This document shows positions 27,230 through 36,823 of a stretch of 64,000 nt of DNA, in pieces. The DNA lies in the IMG/VR virus record IMGVR_UViG_3300035696_000009, one strand, 5' to 3'. The position numbers and the translations under genes were made by a program. The DNA comes from an uncultured virus (IMG/VR IMGVR_UViG_3300035696_000009). Its lineage: Duplodnaviria > Heunggongvirae > Uroviricota > Caudoviricetes. The notes below the pieces were generated by a model that saw only the letters and a list, made by a program, of their open reading frames with translations, was not told the DNA's origin and ran no database searches. Each line of letters opens with the position of its first letter. The first letter of the stretch is position 1.

Positions 27230-29458
27230 ATGTACGGTTACTACGGCCACCCGCTCGGTGAGTTCTACGAGGGCGCCCAGCCCTCGGGGGAATTCCCCTG
27301 GCACCTGCACGAGCACATCCTCAGTTGCACGCTCGAGCAGCTCTTCGACATGGTGGAGGCGATCGCGCACGAGTTCGTCTGCCGCCACGCCCGCCCCGAG
27401 CCGCCGCGCCCGATCGCCCTGGTCTTCCAGTCCGGGACGCTCGCCGGCTGGGCCCAGCCGCCGCGGCCGGCCGACGTCGTCGTGAGCTTCGACCCGAAGG
27501 CCAGCAAGCGCGACCAGGCGCGCATGGTCCTCTACGACTACTACCACGACGACCCGCTGCGCTATTGGTCGGACAACGAGGCGGTCAAGCGCTGCTTCGG
27601 CGTGAAGACCAAAGAGGACCACGACCCGCTCCACCTCATCGCGGCCTACGAGAACCGGAAGGACAAAGTCTGGAGCTGCCACGGCACCGGGATGTCATGG
27701 GCCGAGATGAACAAGGCCGTGCAGCAGGCCATCGCGCACCGGACGAAGCTCGGCCCGCTCCCGCGCTCGTCGTACGACACCAACCCGGTCGTCATCTACT
27801 ACTACGACAACGACAAGATGAAGCGGATCACGTACCCGGGGATGAGTATCCCCGCGGCGCTGAACCCGAACAACGTGCGCTGGTGGGCCTGGGGGCAGGG
27901 CGACCAGAGCGACGCCGGCAAGGCCGCCGGGCTCGACGACGTCCACACGCGCGAGGCGGACGACCCGAAGAAGATCAAGGTCGAGCGCGAACACCCAGGG
28001 TGGACGACGAAGCAGAAGAAGCAAGCGCTCAAATCTCAATATCCGTGGATCTCCGACATGGACTCGGGGAGCGCGGGCGACTGGGGCAACGAGCAGTTCA
28101 CGTGGGACAAGGACGTCGCCGGCACCGGCGTGATCGGCTCCATCACGGGCGCCATCCTCGCCGTGATCTCGGCGGTGCTCGACGCGACGGGCATCGGCGC
28201 GATCGTCGGCGTGCCGCTCGGGATCGCGACGCCGTTCATCGTCGCGGCCATCAACGCGACGGACACGGCCCTCCACGCCGGCGACTTCGGCGCGGCGCTC
28301 GCGAACCTCGGCCCCGCGCTCATCCAGGCCTCGGTGAGCGCCGCGAGCAAGGGCATGGGCGCGGCGGGGATCAACATCCCGCAGGGCGCGATGCAGGCGC
28401 TCGGCGGCACCGTGAGCAGCATCGCCAAGAGCGTCATCGCCGGCCAACAGAAGAAGCTCGACTTCGGGCAGATCTGGTCGGAGGTGGCGAAGAAGGCCCA
28501 GAGCTTCGGCAAGATCGGCGACGCCGAGGCGCAGGCCATCGGCGTCGTGCTCGGCGGCCCGGGCGGGCAGAGCGGGACCGCGGGCCACGTCTTCACCCAG
28601 GGCTACCTCGCGGGCAAGTTCCTCGACATGCCCTCGCTCGCGGGCCTCGCGAAGATCCTCTCGGCGTACGCGCAGTTCGCGGACCCGCGGATCATCAACA
28701 TCGCGCTCCTCGGCATGGGGATCGGGCACATCTCCGGCACGCAGGCCGGGACGGTGCCGAACGCCCCGCCCGCGAGCGCCAAGCCCGCAGCCGCGCCCGC
28801 GGCAGGCCCCGTCGCGACGCACGGGGCATGGGACGACGCCGTCGGGCAGATCATCACACGCGGCGACCCGCACTCCGACCTCGCCGCGTTCGTGCACCTC
28901 TTCCTCGCGCCGCGCTACGGTCTCGGGACTGGCCACGGAGCCCACCTCACAGGCCTCTCCTGCCCAGAGGGGTACGATCTCGTTGCAACCGATCACCAGA
29001 TCGCCTGCGCGTACAGGAGAAAATCCGCGTGCCTCGCGGGTTTCACGAGCGAGCTTGGGACGTTCGTGTGTACGGACTGGGACTTCCCGCCGTGCCCGCA
29101 GGGGATGGGACACGTCCGAGGCTCGCCGAAGAACTGGTGCTTCCCGCAGGTTCCCGACGTCCACGTCGGCCAAGCCGCGCCGCCCGTCGATCCCCACCCC
29201 GACTACGGGCCGCTATCGCGCGGCTGCCCGCAAGGGTACTACTGGGACCCGATCGACAACGTGTGCAAATACGCGACGCCGCTGCCTGGCGGCCACTACC
29301 CGCTCCCACGCCCGCCCCCGCCGCCGCCCCACACGGGCCTCGACCTCGACCCGTCCCTCGGGTGGGAAACCGCGAAGAGAGCCGCAGAGGGCCTCACGCA
29401 CATGCCCGGGGCGTGGCAGCTCGGGTTCCACGTCGAGCGGTACTTCGACCCGCCGTGA
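27230..29458 (+). CDS. 742-aa protein with long hydrophobic hairpin and Cys minirepeats
   Basis: GVIGSITGAILAVISAVLDATGIGAIVGVPLGIA; CPxG repeats near the C-terminus. Confidence 0.85.
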   Translation: MYGYYGHPLGEFYEGAQPSGEFPWHLHEHILSCTLEQLFDMVEAIAHEFVCRHARPEPPRPIALVFQSGTLAGWAQPPRPADVVVSFDPKASKRDQARMVLYDYYHDDPLRYWSDNEAVKRCFGVKTKEDHDPLHLIAAYENRKDKVWSCHGTGMSWAEMNKAVQQAIAHRTKLGPLPRSSYDTNPVVIYYYDNDKMKRITYPGMSIPAALNPNNVRWWAWGQGDQSDAGKAAGLDDVHTREADDPKKIKVEREHPGWTTKQKKQALKSQYPWISDMDSGSAGDWGNEQFTWDKDVAGTGVIGSITGAILAVISAVLDATGIGAIVGVPLGIATPFIVAAINATDTALHAGDFGAALANLGPALIQASVSAASKGMGAAGINIPQGAMQALGGTVSSIAKSVIAGQQKKLDFGQIWSEVAKKAQSFGKIGDAEAQAIGVVLGGPGGQSGTAGHVFTQGYLAGKFLDMPSLAGLAKILSAYAQFADPRIINIALLGMGIGHISGTQAGTVPNAPPASAKPAAAPAAGPVATHGAWDDAVGQIITRGDPHSDLAAFVHLFLAPRYGLGTGHGAHLTGLSCPEGYDLVATDHQIACAYRRKSACLAGFTSELGTFVCTDWDFPPCPQGMGHVRGSPKNWCFPQVPDVHVGQAAPPVDPHPDYGPLSRGCPQGYYWDPIDNVCKYATPLPGGHYPLPRPPPPPPHTGLDLDPSLGWETAKRAAEGLTHMPGAWQLGFHVERYFDPP

Positions 29459-29566
29459 CGGAAAAGAATTCGGCGAAGTCGAGCGACGACGCCGAGGATG
29501 GTATCCTCACTGCGAGGTGTTTTTGATGGCGTGACGACGAGTCACCAGCAGCGACGAAGACGGGCT

Positions 29567-29576
29567 GAATAGGTGC
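29567..29576 (+). promoter_or_regulatory. GAATAGGTGC candidate late promoter element
   Basis: 73 nt upstream of 29650. Confidence 0.65.
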
Positions 29577-29649
29577 AGCGCGTCTCCTTCCGAAGTCCGC
29601 GGGACGCGCGCGAGCGCCCCCGCCGTTTCTCGAACGGAGATAGCTCACC

Positions 29650-31332
29650 ATGGCGGTCACTTTCAACACGGGAACAGTCACTCCGGTCGCCGGAGCCGAG
29701 CAGGACGTCGTCGCGATCGCGCCGGGGTCGCCCCTGGACATCCTCACGGTCTACGTAGAGGGAGGCACGGGCGGCGCGGGAGGCCCGCTCGAGTTCGCGC
29801 TCTACGCGACCGTCGGCGGGTTCCGGACGCGCGTGGCGCAGAAGAAGATCCTGGGCTCGGATACGCCGTCCATCATCGACTTCGACACGGGCCTCGGACC
29901 CCTGTCGGGCGGGAGCGGCGGGGCGGGGCAGACGGAGCAGATCGATGCCGGCGGCACGGCGTACACCCTCACGGTCATCGACCTCTCGGGGAGCTTCGCG
30001 ACGTCGCCGCGCAACCCGGTCACAGCGACGATCGCGGCGGTCAACAAGTTCGACACGGTGGCGGACCAGAACTTCGGGATGACGTTCGGGCTCGCCGGCG
30101 GCGCGACGGGCACGCTGCCGCTCTTCAACGGCTACGCGCAGTTCATGGACGTCGCGATCGACCAAACGAACTTGCCCCCCGTCACGGTGGAGGTCGTCGC
30201 AGACTGCGGCCCCGGCAGCGTGCAGGCCGTCGTCGTCTCCGTGAACATGACGGGCCAGGACGAGGACATCGCGTCCGTGTTCCGCGGGATCCAGCTCCCG
30301 GCTGCGACCCGCTATTTCGTGAGTGTCACGAACAACACCAAGGGCGGGATCTCGACGACGCTCACCGCGATCACGTACTCGGTGGCAGTGACGGCGGGCG
30401 GCGTCGTGGTGCTGAACGGCGACGTCATCGGGCCGTCGAACGCGAACACCGTCATCAAATGGGACAACGTCCCGCTCCTGCTCGGCGCGGCGCCGGGCTT
30501 CGGCGCGCCGGTCGACGCGGCGATCCCGATCTACGACGCCGGGCTGAACGAGTGGCGGACGTTCGCGCTCTCCGGCGCCATCACGATGAATGACGCGGGC
30601 GTCACGACGCTCACGCCGGGCGCAATCATCACGCTGAACGGCGACGTCACCGGCCCGTCGAACGCCAACGACGTCGTCGCGTGGTCCCACGTGCCGCTCA
30701 CGCAGGCCGGCCCCGGCAACTTCGTCGCGCCCGCGGACGCGACGATCCCGATCTACAACATCGGAACCAACAAGTGGTCCGCGCTCCCGTTCACCGGCGA
30801 CGTGACCATCACGGACGCCGGGCTCACCAAGGTCGTGGCCTGGGAAGGCGTGCCGCTCGACCCCGCCTCGATGAGCGCGCCAGCGATCGGATCGGTCCCC
30901 GTCTTCACGGCGAACGCGCCAAACCACTGGGTCGCGACGCCGGCGGGCTCGCTCGTCATCACGCTCGCGGGCAACGCCAACGGCCCGTCGAACGCGAACC
31001 ACGTCGAGGACTTCGGCATAGAGTCGGTCAACACGCCCGTCACGGCACCCCAGTTCACACCCATCGCCGCGGGCGAGTGGTACGTCGGGATCTCGGGCGC
31101 GAAGGGCGACATCCCCGTGCAGCTCCAGGACACGTTCCCGCCCGGCGCGAAGGTCACGGTCAAGGACGAGGATGGCTCGCTCGCGAGCTTCGACTTCATC
31201 GTCACCGGGTCGACGGGAAAGACCATCGACGGCGCCCCGAGCTTCATCATGAACCTCGCGACGCCAGGGCCGAAGGGCTCGATCACCTTCGAGAAGAACT
31301 TCGACGCGAACAACGAGTGGGCGGTGGTGTAG
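29650..31332 (+). CDS. putative spike/fibre protein
   Basis: LNGDV(I/T)GPSNAN-type shaft repeats; C-terminal VTVKD..G.....TIDG fibre-like domain. Confidence 0.7.
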   Translation: MAVTFNTGTVTPVAGAEQDVVAIAPGSPLDILTVYVEGGTGGAGGPLEFALYATVGGFRTRVAQKKILGSDTPSIIDFDTGLGPLSGGSGGAGQTEQIDAGGTAYTLTVIDLSGSFATSPRNPVTATIAAVNKFDTVADQNFGMTFGLAGGATGTLPLFNGYAQFMDVAIDQTNLPPVTVEVVADCGPGSVQAVVVSVNMTGQDEDIASVFRGIQLPAATRYFVSVTNNTKGGISTTLTAITYSVAVTAGGVVVLNGDVIGPSNANTVIKWDNVPLLLGAAPGFGAPVDAAIPIYDAGLNEWRTFALSGAITMNDAGVTTLTPGAIITLNGDVTGPSNANDVVAWSHVPLTQAGPGNFVAPADATIPIYNIGTNKWSALPFTGDVTITDAGLTKVVAWEGVPLDPASMSAPAIGSVPVFTANAPNHWVATPAGSLVITLAGNANGPSNANHVEDFGIESVNTPVTAPQFTPIAAGEWYVGISGAKGDIPVQLQDTFPPGAKVTVKDEDGSLASFDFIVTGSTGKTIDGAPSFIMNLATPGPKGSITFEKNFDANNEWAVV

Positions 31333-31335
31333 CCC

Positions 31336-33144
31336 GTGAGCTTCGATGCGATCCTCGCGCGCTCTCCCTCGATCATCTACCAGCCCGGCGGTACGCCCAG
31401 CGGGCTCATCGTCACGAAGTGGTCGGCGGTCCAAAAGTTCATTGCGGCGAGACAGGGCGCGGTCACCGTCCTCGTGGACGACTCGATCGCCCCGGCCACG
31501 GCCGACGTCGGCACCACCGACTGCGAGAGCCGTGTCACGTTCACGAGCGCGTTCCAGCACGAGAAGCCGTCGACATGCACGCTCGTGCTGCCCGACGGCG
31601 CGATTCTCAAAGACGTGCGGCGGATCGACGGGCTCCTGACCGTCAAGACGCAGGGAACGACGCAGCCGAACTTGCAGTTCACGAACGACCGCGTGTTGAC
31701 ATGCCACGACGGGGCCGTCATCGAGAACACGGGAACGCAACCCGTTTGCCGCCTCGGCGCAGGCGGATTCCTCGTCATCATGCTCTGCGAGAACAGCACG
31801 TTCTCGAACACGGGCGCGGGCGCGGGACCGCTCGTGGACATGCCCGCGGCCGGTGCGCAAGCCGTCCTCTATTCCGTCACGGGAGGCGGGTACACCGGGG
31901 ACAACGTCGTCACCGGCATCGCGGGCACCAGCGCGATTTTCCAATACGACGCATCGATCGGCGCGGTCCCCACAAACCCCGGCTTTGCGGGCTCGACGAC
32001 GAACTTCGCGCTCGACGAGGCCCCCTTCGTCGAATACGCGCCAGCAGTCCCCGCGAACTGGGCCGTGCCGCCCACCCAAGTTGCGCAGGCCCTTGACGAG
32101 CTGGCGTCGGGCTCCGTCCTGATCTTAGGAGCGATCATTTACCAACCGGGCGGCGTTTCGTCCGGGGACACGGTGGCGACTTGGGCCGAGGTGCAGAGCT
32201 TCATTGCCCGGGCCCACGGCAAGTGCATCGTCTACGTCGACGACAGCATCGTGTCGCCCGCGCTCGTTCCCGGCGCATCGGGGGTCACGGAGTGCTTCGG
32301 GCGCGTCGAGCTGAGGCCGTTCAAGATCGACGCGATCAATTTCTCCGTGCTCGAGATCGAGGATGGCGCGACCCTCTCGAACCTCTACCAGGTGACCGAC
32401 CTCGAGCTGCGCATGAACTGCCAGAGCGCGACCAAATCCCTCTCGTGGACGGGGACGCCGAACGGCGGATTCCTCATGCTCTGGCAGTTTGGTTACCTCT
32501 CGCAGGCGACGACAGCAACGCAACCAGGCATCCAAGTCGCGGCGGGCCAGACCGTCCTCATCCAGTGCGACAACGGCGCGATCATCGCAGGTCAGGGATT
32601 CAACGACATCACCGTTCCGCCCGTCACTGTCGCGGCCGGCGGCAACTTTCAGGTCGCCGCCTACAACAACTCCGACGTCTTCCCGAACTACGCCGAGGGA
32701 GCGGGAGACGTCCTCTTCGAGTACGACGACTCGTCGGCGGACTTCTTCTTCCCCACGGCGACGCCCCCGTCGCTCCCGGCGCTGACCGGCACGTACACGA
32801 CCGAACGCAACGGCCTCACGACGATCGCCTTGTCGGTCGGCTTCGCGTTCAACACGGCCTCGCCGCTCATCCTCATCCCGGTCAACACCGGGTCGATCGT
32901 CACGCGGGCGCAGATCCAGATCGCGACTCCGTTCAACGACCCGGCCGCGACGGTGCTCTTCGGCACATCGGCGACCCCGAATCTCATCATGGGCGCCGGG
33001 GACTCGGATCCGGCCGCGGCGAACACCTACGACAAGCCGGACATGGTGACCATCCCGGCCAACGACAAGCTCCAGATCACGATCAGCCCCGGGGCGTCCA
33101 CGCAGGGCACCGGGGTCCTCTACTACGAAATCAGAACCACCTAA
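31336..33144 (+). CDS. ILARSP-family beta-rich spike-like protein (2 domain copies)
   Basis: IIYQPGG..T.W..VQ.FIA occurs twice. Confidence 0.75.
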   Translation: MSFDAILARSPSIIYQPGGTPSGLIVTKWSAVQKFIAARQGAVTVLVDDSIAPATADVGTTDCESRVTFTSAFQHEKPSTCTLVLPDGAILKDVRRIDGLLTVKTQGTTQPNLQFTNDRVLTCHDGAVIENTGTQPVCRLGAGGFLVIMLCENSTFSNTGAGAGPLVDMPAAGAQAVLYSVTGGGYTGDNVVTGIAGTSAIFQYDASIGAVPTNPGFAGSTTNFALDEAPFVEYAPAVPANWAVPPTQVAQALDELASGSVLILGAIIYQPGGVSSGDTVATWAEVQSFIARAHGKCIVYVDDSIVSPALVPGASGVTECFGRVELRPFKIDAINFSVLEIEDGATLSNLYQVTDLELRMNCQSATKSLSWTGTPNGGFLMLWQFGYLSQATTATQPGIQVAAGQTVLIQCDNGAIIAGQGFNDITVPPVTVAAGGNFQVAAYNNSDVFPNYAEGAGDVLFEYDDSSADFFFPTATPPSLPALTGTYTTERNGLTTIALSVGFAFNTASPLILIPVNTGSIVTRAQIQIATPFNDPAATVLFGTSATPNLIMGAGDSDPAAANTYDKPDMVTIPANDKLQITISPGASTQGTGVLYYEIRTT

Positions 33145-33165
33145 CCTCAAGAAAAGAGAAAAATC

Positions 33166-33981
33166 ATGGGCCTCTTCTCACGCCTCGCCGGCACGATGTC
33201 GCAGTTCTTCCAGATCGGGGGTCCCGGCGGAGCGGGCTGGGCCGACGTCGGTGCCACGGCCATCGAAGCCAAGGACCCGACGAACACCACGGACGTCAAC
33301 GTGCGCGGCGCCGCGCCAGTCGTGCCGAAGGATCTCACGACCAAGCAGTACGTCGACACGAACTTCACGCCGATCATCGTCTCAGCGCAGTTCAACGGCG
33401 GGACCGCCCTCCCGGCCAACAGCGCCGCCGAGCACTTTTACGTCGTGACGACCACGGGCGCGACCGCGTCGATCGGAGACCTCGTCTGGGACAACGGTAC
33501 GGGAGTGGGCACTGCCACGGTGATCCCGGCACCGTCGGGCGGAGAAATCGTCCCGAACGCGAACTTCTCGGGCGGGACCATCTCGTTCACTGCGTTCCAG
33601 AACTACATCTGGAACGGCACCGCATGGGTGAATCCCGCAACGGCGACGCCCGGTGCGGTGCAGGTGATCCAGTTCGGGGTTGCGACCGCTGCCACCACCG
33701 ACTCGGTGACGAGCATCCCTGTCGGAGCTACCATCCTGCGCGCCACGCTCAACGTGACGACGGCCTACTCGCCGGGCGCCACGATCCAGATCGGATCGAC
33801 CACGATCCCGAACCTCATGATGTCGGCGACGGACAACGATCCGCAGGTCGTCGCCACGTATGACGCGCCGCAGGTGACGAACAACAACGCCACGAGCGTC
33901 GTGCAGGTCACGATCGCGGGGGCCCCGGTGGCGGGCACCGCCACCGTGACGGTCCAGTACGTCGCGACCCCGAACCCGTGA
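33166..33981 (+). CDS. LFSR-family structural protein 1
   Basis: MGLFSRLAG..QFFQIGGPGG; DLTTKQYVD fibre-like motif. Confidence 0.75.
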   Translation: MGLFSRLAGTMSQFFQIGGPGGAGWADVGATAIEAKDPTNTTDVNVRGAAPVVPKDLTTKQYVDTNFTPIIVSAQFNGGTALPANSAAEHFYVVTTTGATASIGDLVWDNGTGVGTATVIPAPSGGEIVPNANFSGGTISFTAFQNYIWNGTAWVNPATATPGAVQVIQFGVATAATTDSVTSIPVGATILRATLNVTTAYSPGATIQIGSTTIPNLMMSATDNDPQVVATYDAPQVTNNNATSVVQVTIAGAPVAGTATVTVQYVATPNP

Positions 33982-34003
33982 CGATGGAGCCACCGGCCAG
34001 ACG

Positions 34004-34966
34004 ATGAGCTTGTTCTCGCGCATCGCCGGCGCCGTCGCGTCCTTCTTTCAATTCGGAGGGCCTGGCGGCGCCGGCATCAATAACAACGGAGGGGCGCTCG
34101 AGGCGAAGAACTCGACGAACAGCGCCTTCGCGATCCTCCGTGCGGCCGACCCCGTGGGGGCGAACGACGTCGTCACGCTCGAGTACCTGCAGAACCAGCC
34201 GCTCGTCGCGGGCCTCGCCTACGCGAACTTCCAGAACCACAAGGTCATCTTCTTCAACGGATCGGGCGTGACGTCGGCGCCCGGCGCCGCCTCCGGTTTC
34301 GGCACGATATCGGTCGCGGGAACGGAGACCCTGCCGAATCCCGCGGGGACGACCAAGCTCGCGGCGACGCGCCGGCTCCGGACCTCCGTCAGCTCCGGCA
34401 ACACCTCGCAGCTCGGCGTCTGGGAAGGGTCGACCGCTTTCTACATGTGGCGCGGCAACGCCCCCGGGGTCGGCGGATTCAAATGCGTCCTGCGCTTCGC
34501 GCTCACGTCCCTCATCAGCGGCGCGACCATCTTCTTCCACGTCGGCGCGGGGAACTTCGCCGGGTCGCCCGGCTTCGTCGACTACACGGTCGACGCCACC
34601 GTCTCGCGCGTCATGGCGGTGCAGAGCTTCACCGCGACAGCCGCGGGCGGCGTCCCGGCGGGGACGAACTGGCTCATCTCGGCGTGCAACGGCGCCGCGA
34701 ACAACCTCACGAACACGGGGATGCCGGTCAACCTCAACGACTACATGGAGCTGATCCTTTACTGCGCGGGCGCCGGCGCGAACATCACGTGGACGCTGAA
34801 CGACTTGACGCTCGGCACAACGGCCTCCGGGACCGTCACGGTCGACGAGCCCGCCGCGGCGACGCTGATGGTCCCGGCGATCCACGCGGCCTCGGACACC
34901 GCGGGCACGAGCGGCACGACGCAGTGGGAAGTCTCGAACCTCTACGTCGAACTCTTCGACGGATGA
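34004..34966 (+). CDS. LFSR-family structural protein 2 (lectin-like beta-sandwich?)
   Basis: MSLFSRIAG..FFQFGGPGG; WRGNA.G.GGF. Confidence 0.75.
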   Translation: MSLFSRIAGAVASFFQFGGPGGAGINNNGGALEAKNSTNSAFAILRAADPVGANDVVTLEYLQNQPLVAGLAYANFQNHKVIFFNGSGVTSAPGAASGFGTISVAGTETLPNPAGTTKLAATRRLRTSVSSGNTSQLGVWEGSTAFYMWRGNAPGVGGFKCVLRFALTSLISGATIFFHVGAGNFAGSPGFVDYTVDATVSRVMAVQSFTATAAGGVPAGTNWLISACNGAANNLTNTGMPVNLNDYMELILYCAGAGANITWTLNDLTLGTTASGTVTVDEPAAATLMVPAIHAASDTAGTSGTTQWEVSNLYVELFDG

Positions 34967-34970
34967 AACC

Positions 34971-35924
34971 ATGAGCCTCTTCTCGCGCATAGCCGGCGTC
35001 GTCACATCGTTCTTCCAGATCGGAGGGCCGAGCGGCTCCGGCTGGAACGACAACGCCGGGGCGCTCGAGGGGAAGAACTCCACGAACAGCGCCTTCGTCA
35101 ACGTGCGCGGCGCAGACCCAGCCGGCCTGAACGACTTCGTCACGCTCGAGTCGCTCTCGAACTTCGCCGCGTCGCCGGTGAAGACGCTCGGCCGCTTCGA
35201 GTACTGGGGCGGCACGACGAACGGCGCGACGCTCATCGAGGGGATGTGCAACTGCACCCTCGACCAATCGGGCAGCGTGGTCGCCACGGGCCCGTCGGCA
35301 GGATCGCTGCTCACGTCGACCAAGAGCATGAAGTTCCGCAACGCGATCGGCTCAGGCGCGACGACGAACGGCGTCTTCGACGGGACAGGGTTCTTGACCG
35401 TGTGGCGCGGCAATGCGGCGGGGCTCGGCGGGTTCAACATGCGCCTCAAGTTCGGGTTCGAGGCTGCCCCGGCAAACACACTCGTCCGCATGCTCGCGGG
35501 CCTCATCGCCCAGAGCGGCGTAGGCGCCGCGCAGGATTGGACCACGCAGCTCACGATCGCGTCCATCGGCGTCGGGTTCACGCAGACGCCCGCGGCGCCC
35601 GGCGTGTTCGCCGGCAACTGGCAGCTCATTCACTCCACCGGCAACGGCGCTACGCCGCCCACGGTGCTCGACCTCGGCCCGACGATGGCTCTCGACACGA
35701 CGAGTCTCTGGCAGCTCGATCTCACCGCGGTCCCAAACGGCGCGAGCATCAACGTGGTCCTCACGAATCTCTCCACCGGCGCGAGCGTCACGCAAGTGGT
35801 GAACGCGAACTTCCCGGCGAACAATGCGTTCCTCGCGATGTGGTGCGCGTACGCGGTTGGCAACGGGGCGACGACCATCGGCCAGATCGACATCGCCGAG
35901 TACGCCTACCAGCAGAACAACTGA
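34971..35924 (+). CDS. LFSR-family structural protein 3
   Basis: MSLFSRIAG..FFQIGGP; WRGNAAGLGGF. Confidence 0.75.
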   Translation: MSLFSRIAGVVTSFFQIGGPSGSGWNDNAGALEGKNSTNSAFVNVRGADPAGLNDFVTLESLSNFAASPVKTLGRFEYWGGTTNGATLIEGMCNCTLDQSGSVVATGPSAGSLLTSTKSMKFRNAIGSGATTNGVFDGTGFLTVWRGNAAGLGGFNMRLKFGFEAAPANTLVRMLAGLIAQSGVGAAQDWTTQLTIASIGVGFTQTPAAPGVFAGNWQLIHSTGNGATPPTVLDLGPTMALDTTSLWQLDLTAVPNGASINVVLTNLSTGASVTQVVNANFPANNAFLAMWCAYAVGNGATTIGQIDIAEYAYQQNN

Positions 35925-35935
35925 CGAGAGCTATC

Positions 35936-36805
35936 GTGACGAACAACATCTTCCCCCCGCCACCCATCATCGAGCAAGGAGTCGTGCCGGGCCAGGACTA
36001 CTGGCCCACGGTCCCTGGTTTGCCCCAGGCCGCGATCGTCGCGAACCTGATCTGGCGCCCCGGCGGGGTCGCGCGCGGCAACGTCGTGACGACGGCCGCC
36101 GCCGTGCGCGACGTTCTCAACGCGGCGCAGGGGGCCGTCAACATCTTCATCGACCCGTCTATCGCCCCCGCGAACGTGGACGTCGACTGGAACGGCTTTG
36201 GGTGCGCGAGCCTCTACCCCTTCAACGCGGGGGCCGGGTTCGTCTTCACCATCCTGGATGGATCCACCCTGCACGACTTCGCCGAGATGCAGAACCTCAC
36301 GGCCGTCTGCCAGTGCGCGACGACGCAGGCGTTCTCCTTCGACGAGTTCAGCTCGTTCCTGCTCCTCAACTTCGCCTCGATCAGCCTCGCCGCAGGCGCG
36401 CTCGTCCCGGCGATCAGGATCACGGCCGCCGACCAGAGCTTCGCGCTCTTCTCGCTCCTCGGGGCGCTCGACAACTCGAACGCGCCCACGGTCCCGGTTA
36501 TCGCGACCGACGCCGGCGCGACGACCACCATCTACCCGCACTCGGCCGCGCCAAACTTCACGTTCCTCGTCACGGGCAACGAGATCGGCGGCGGCCCGGG
36601 CTCGAGGGTCTTCTGGGAGAACGACGACACGGTCCCGCCGCTCGCGAGCGCGCTCTTCACGGGCACGTTGGTCCAGTCACCGTGCTCGGACGCGGGCAAC
36701 GCGTCGTACGAGCCCGCGAACCTCGCGAATTGGTCCGGCGTCGCACCGATGAGCGTGGCGAACGCGCTCGACCGCATCGCGGCGAAGATCGGGCCGATCC
36801 CGTAA
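35936..36805 (+). CDS. divergent ILARSP-family protein
   Basis: LIWRPGGVARGNVVTT; C-terminal ANW..P.SVANALD like 31336. Confidence 0.7.
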   Translation: MTNNIFPPPPIIEQGVVPGQDYWPTVPGLPQAAIVANLIWRPGGVARGNVVTTAAAVRDVLNAAQGAVNIFIDPSIAPANVDVDWNGFGCASLYPFNAGAGFVFTILDGSTLHDFAEMQNLTAVCQCATTQAFSFDEFSSFLLLNFASISLAAGALVPAIRITAADQSFALFSLLGALDNSNAPTVPVIATDAGATTTIYPHSAAPNFTFLVTGNEIGGGPGSRVFWENDDTVPPLASALFTGTLVQSPCSDAGNASYEPANLANWSGVAPMSVANALDRIAAKIGPIP

Positions 36806-36823
36806 GGCATTGAAAGGAAGAAC

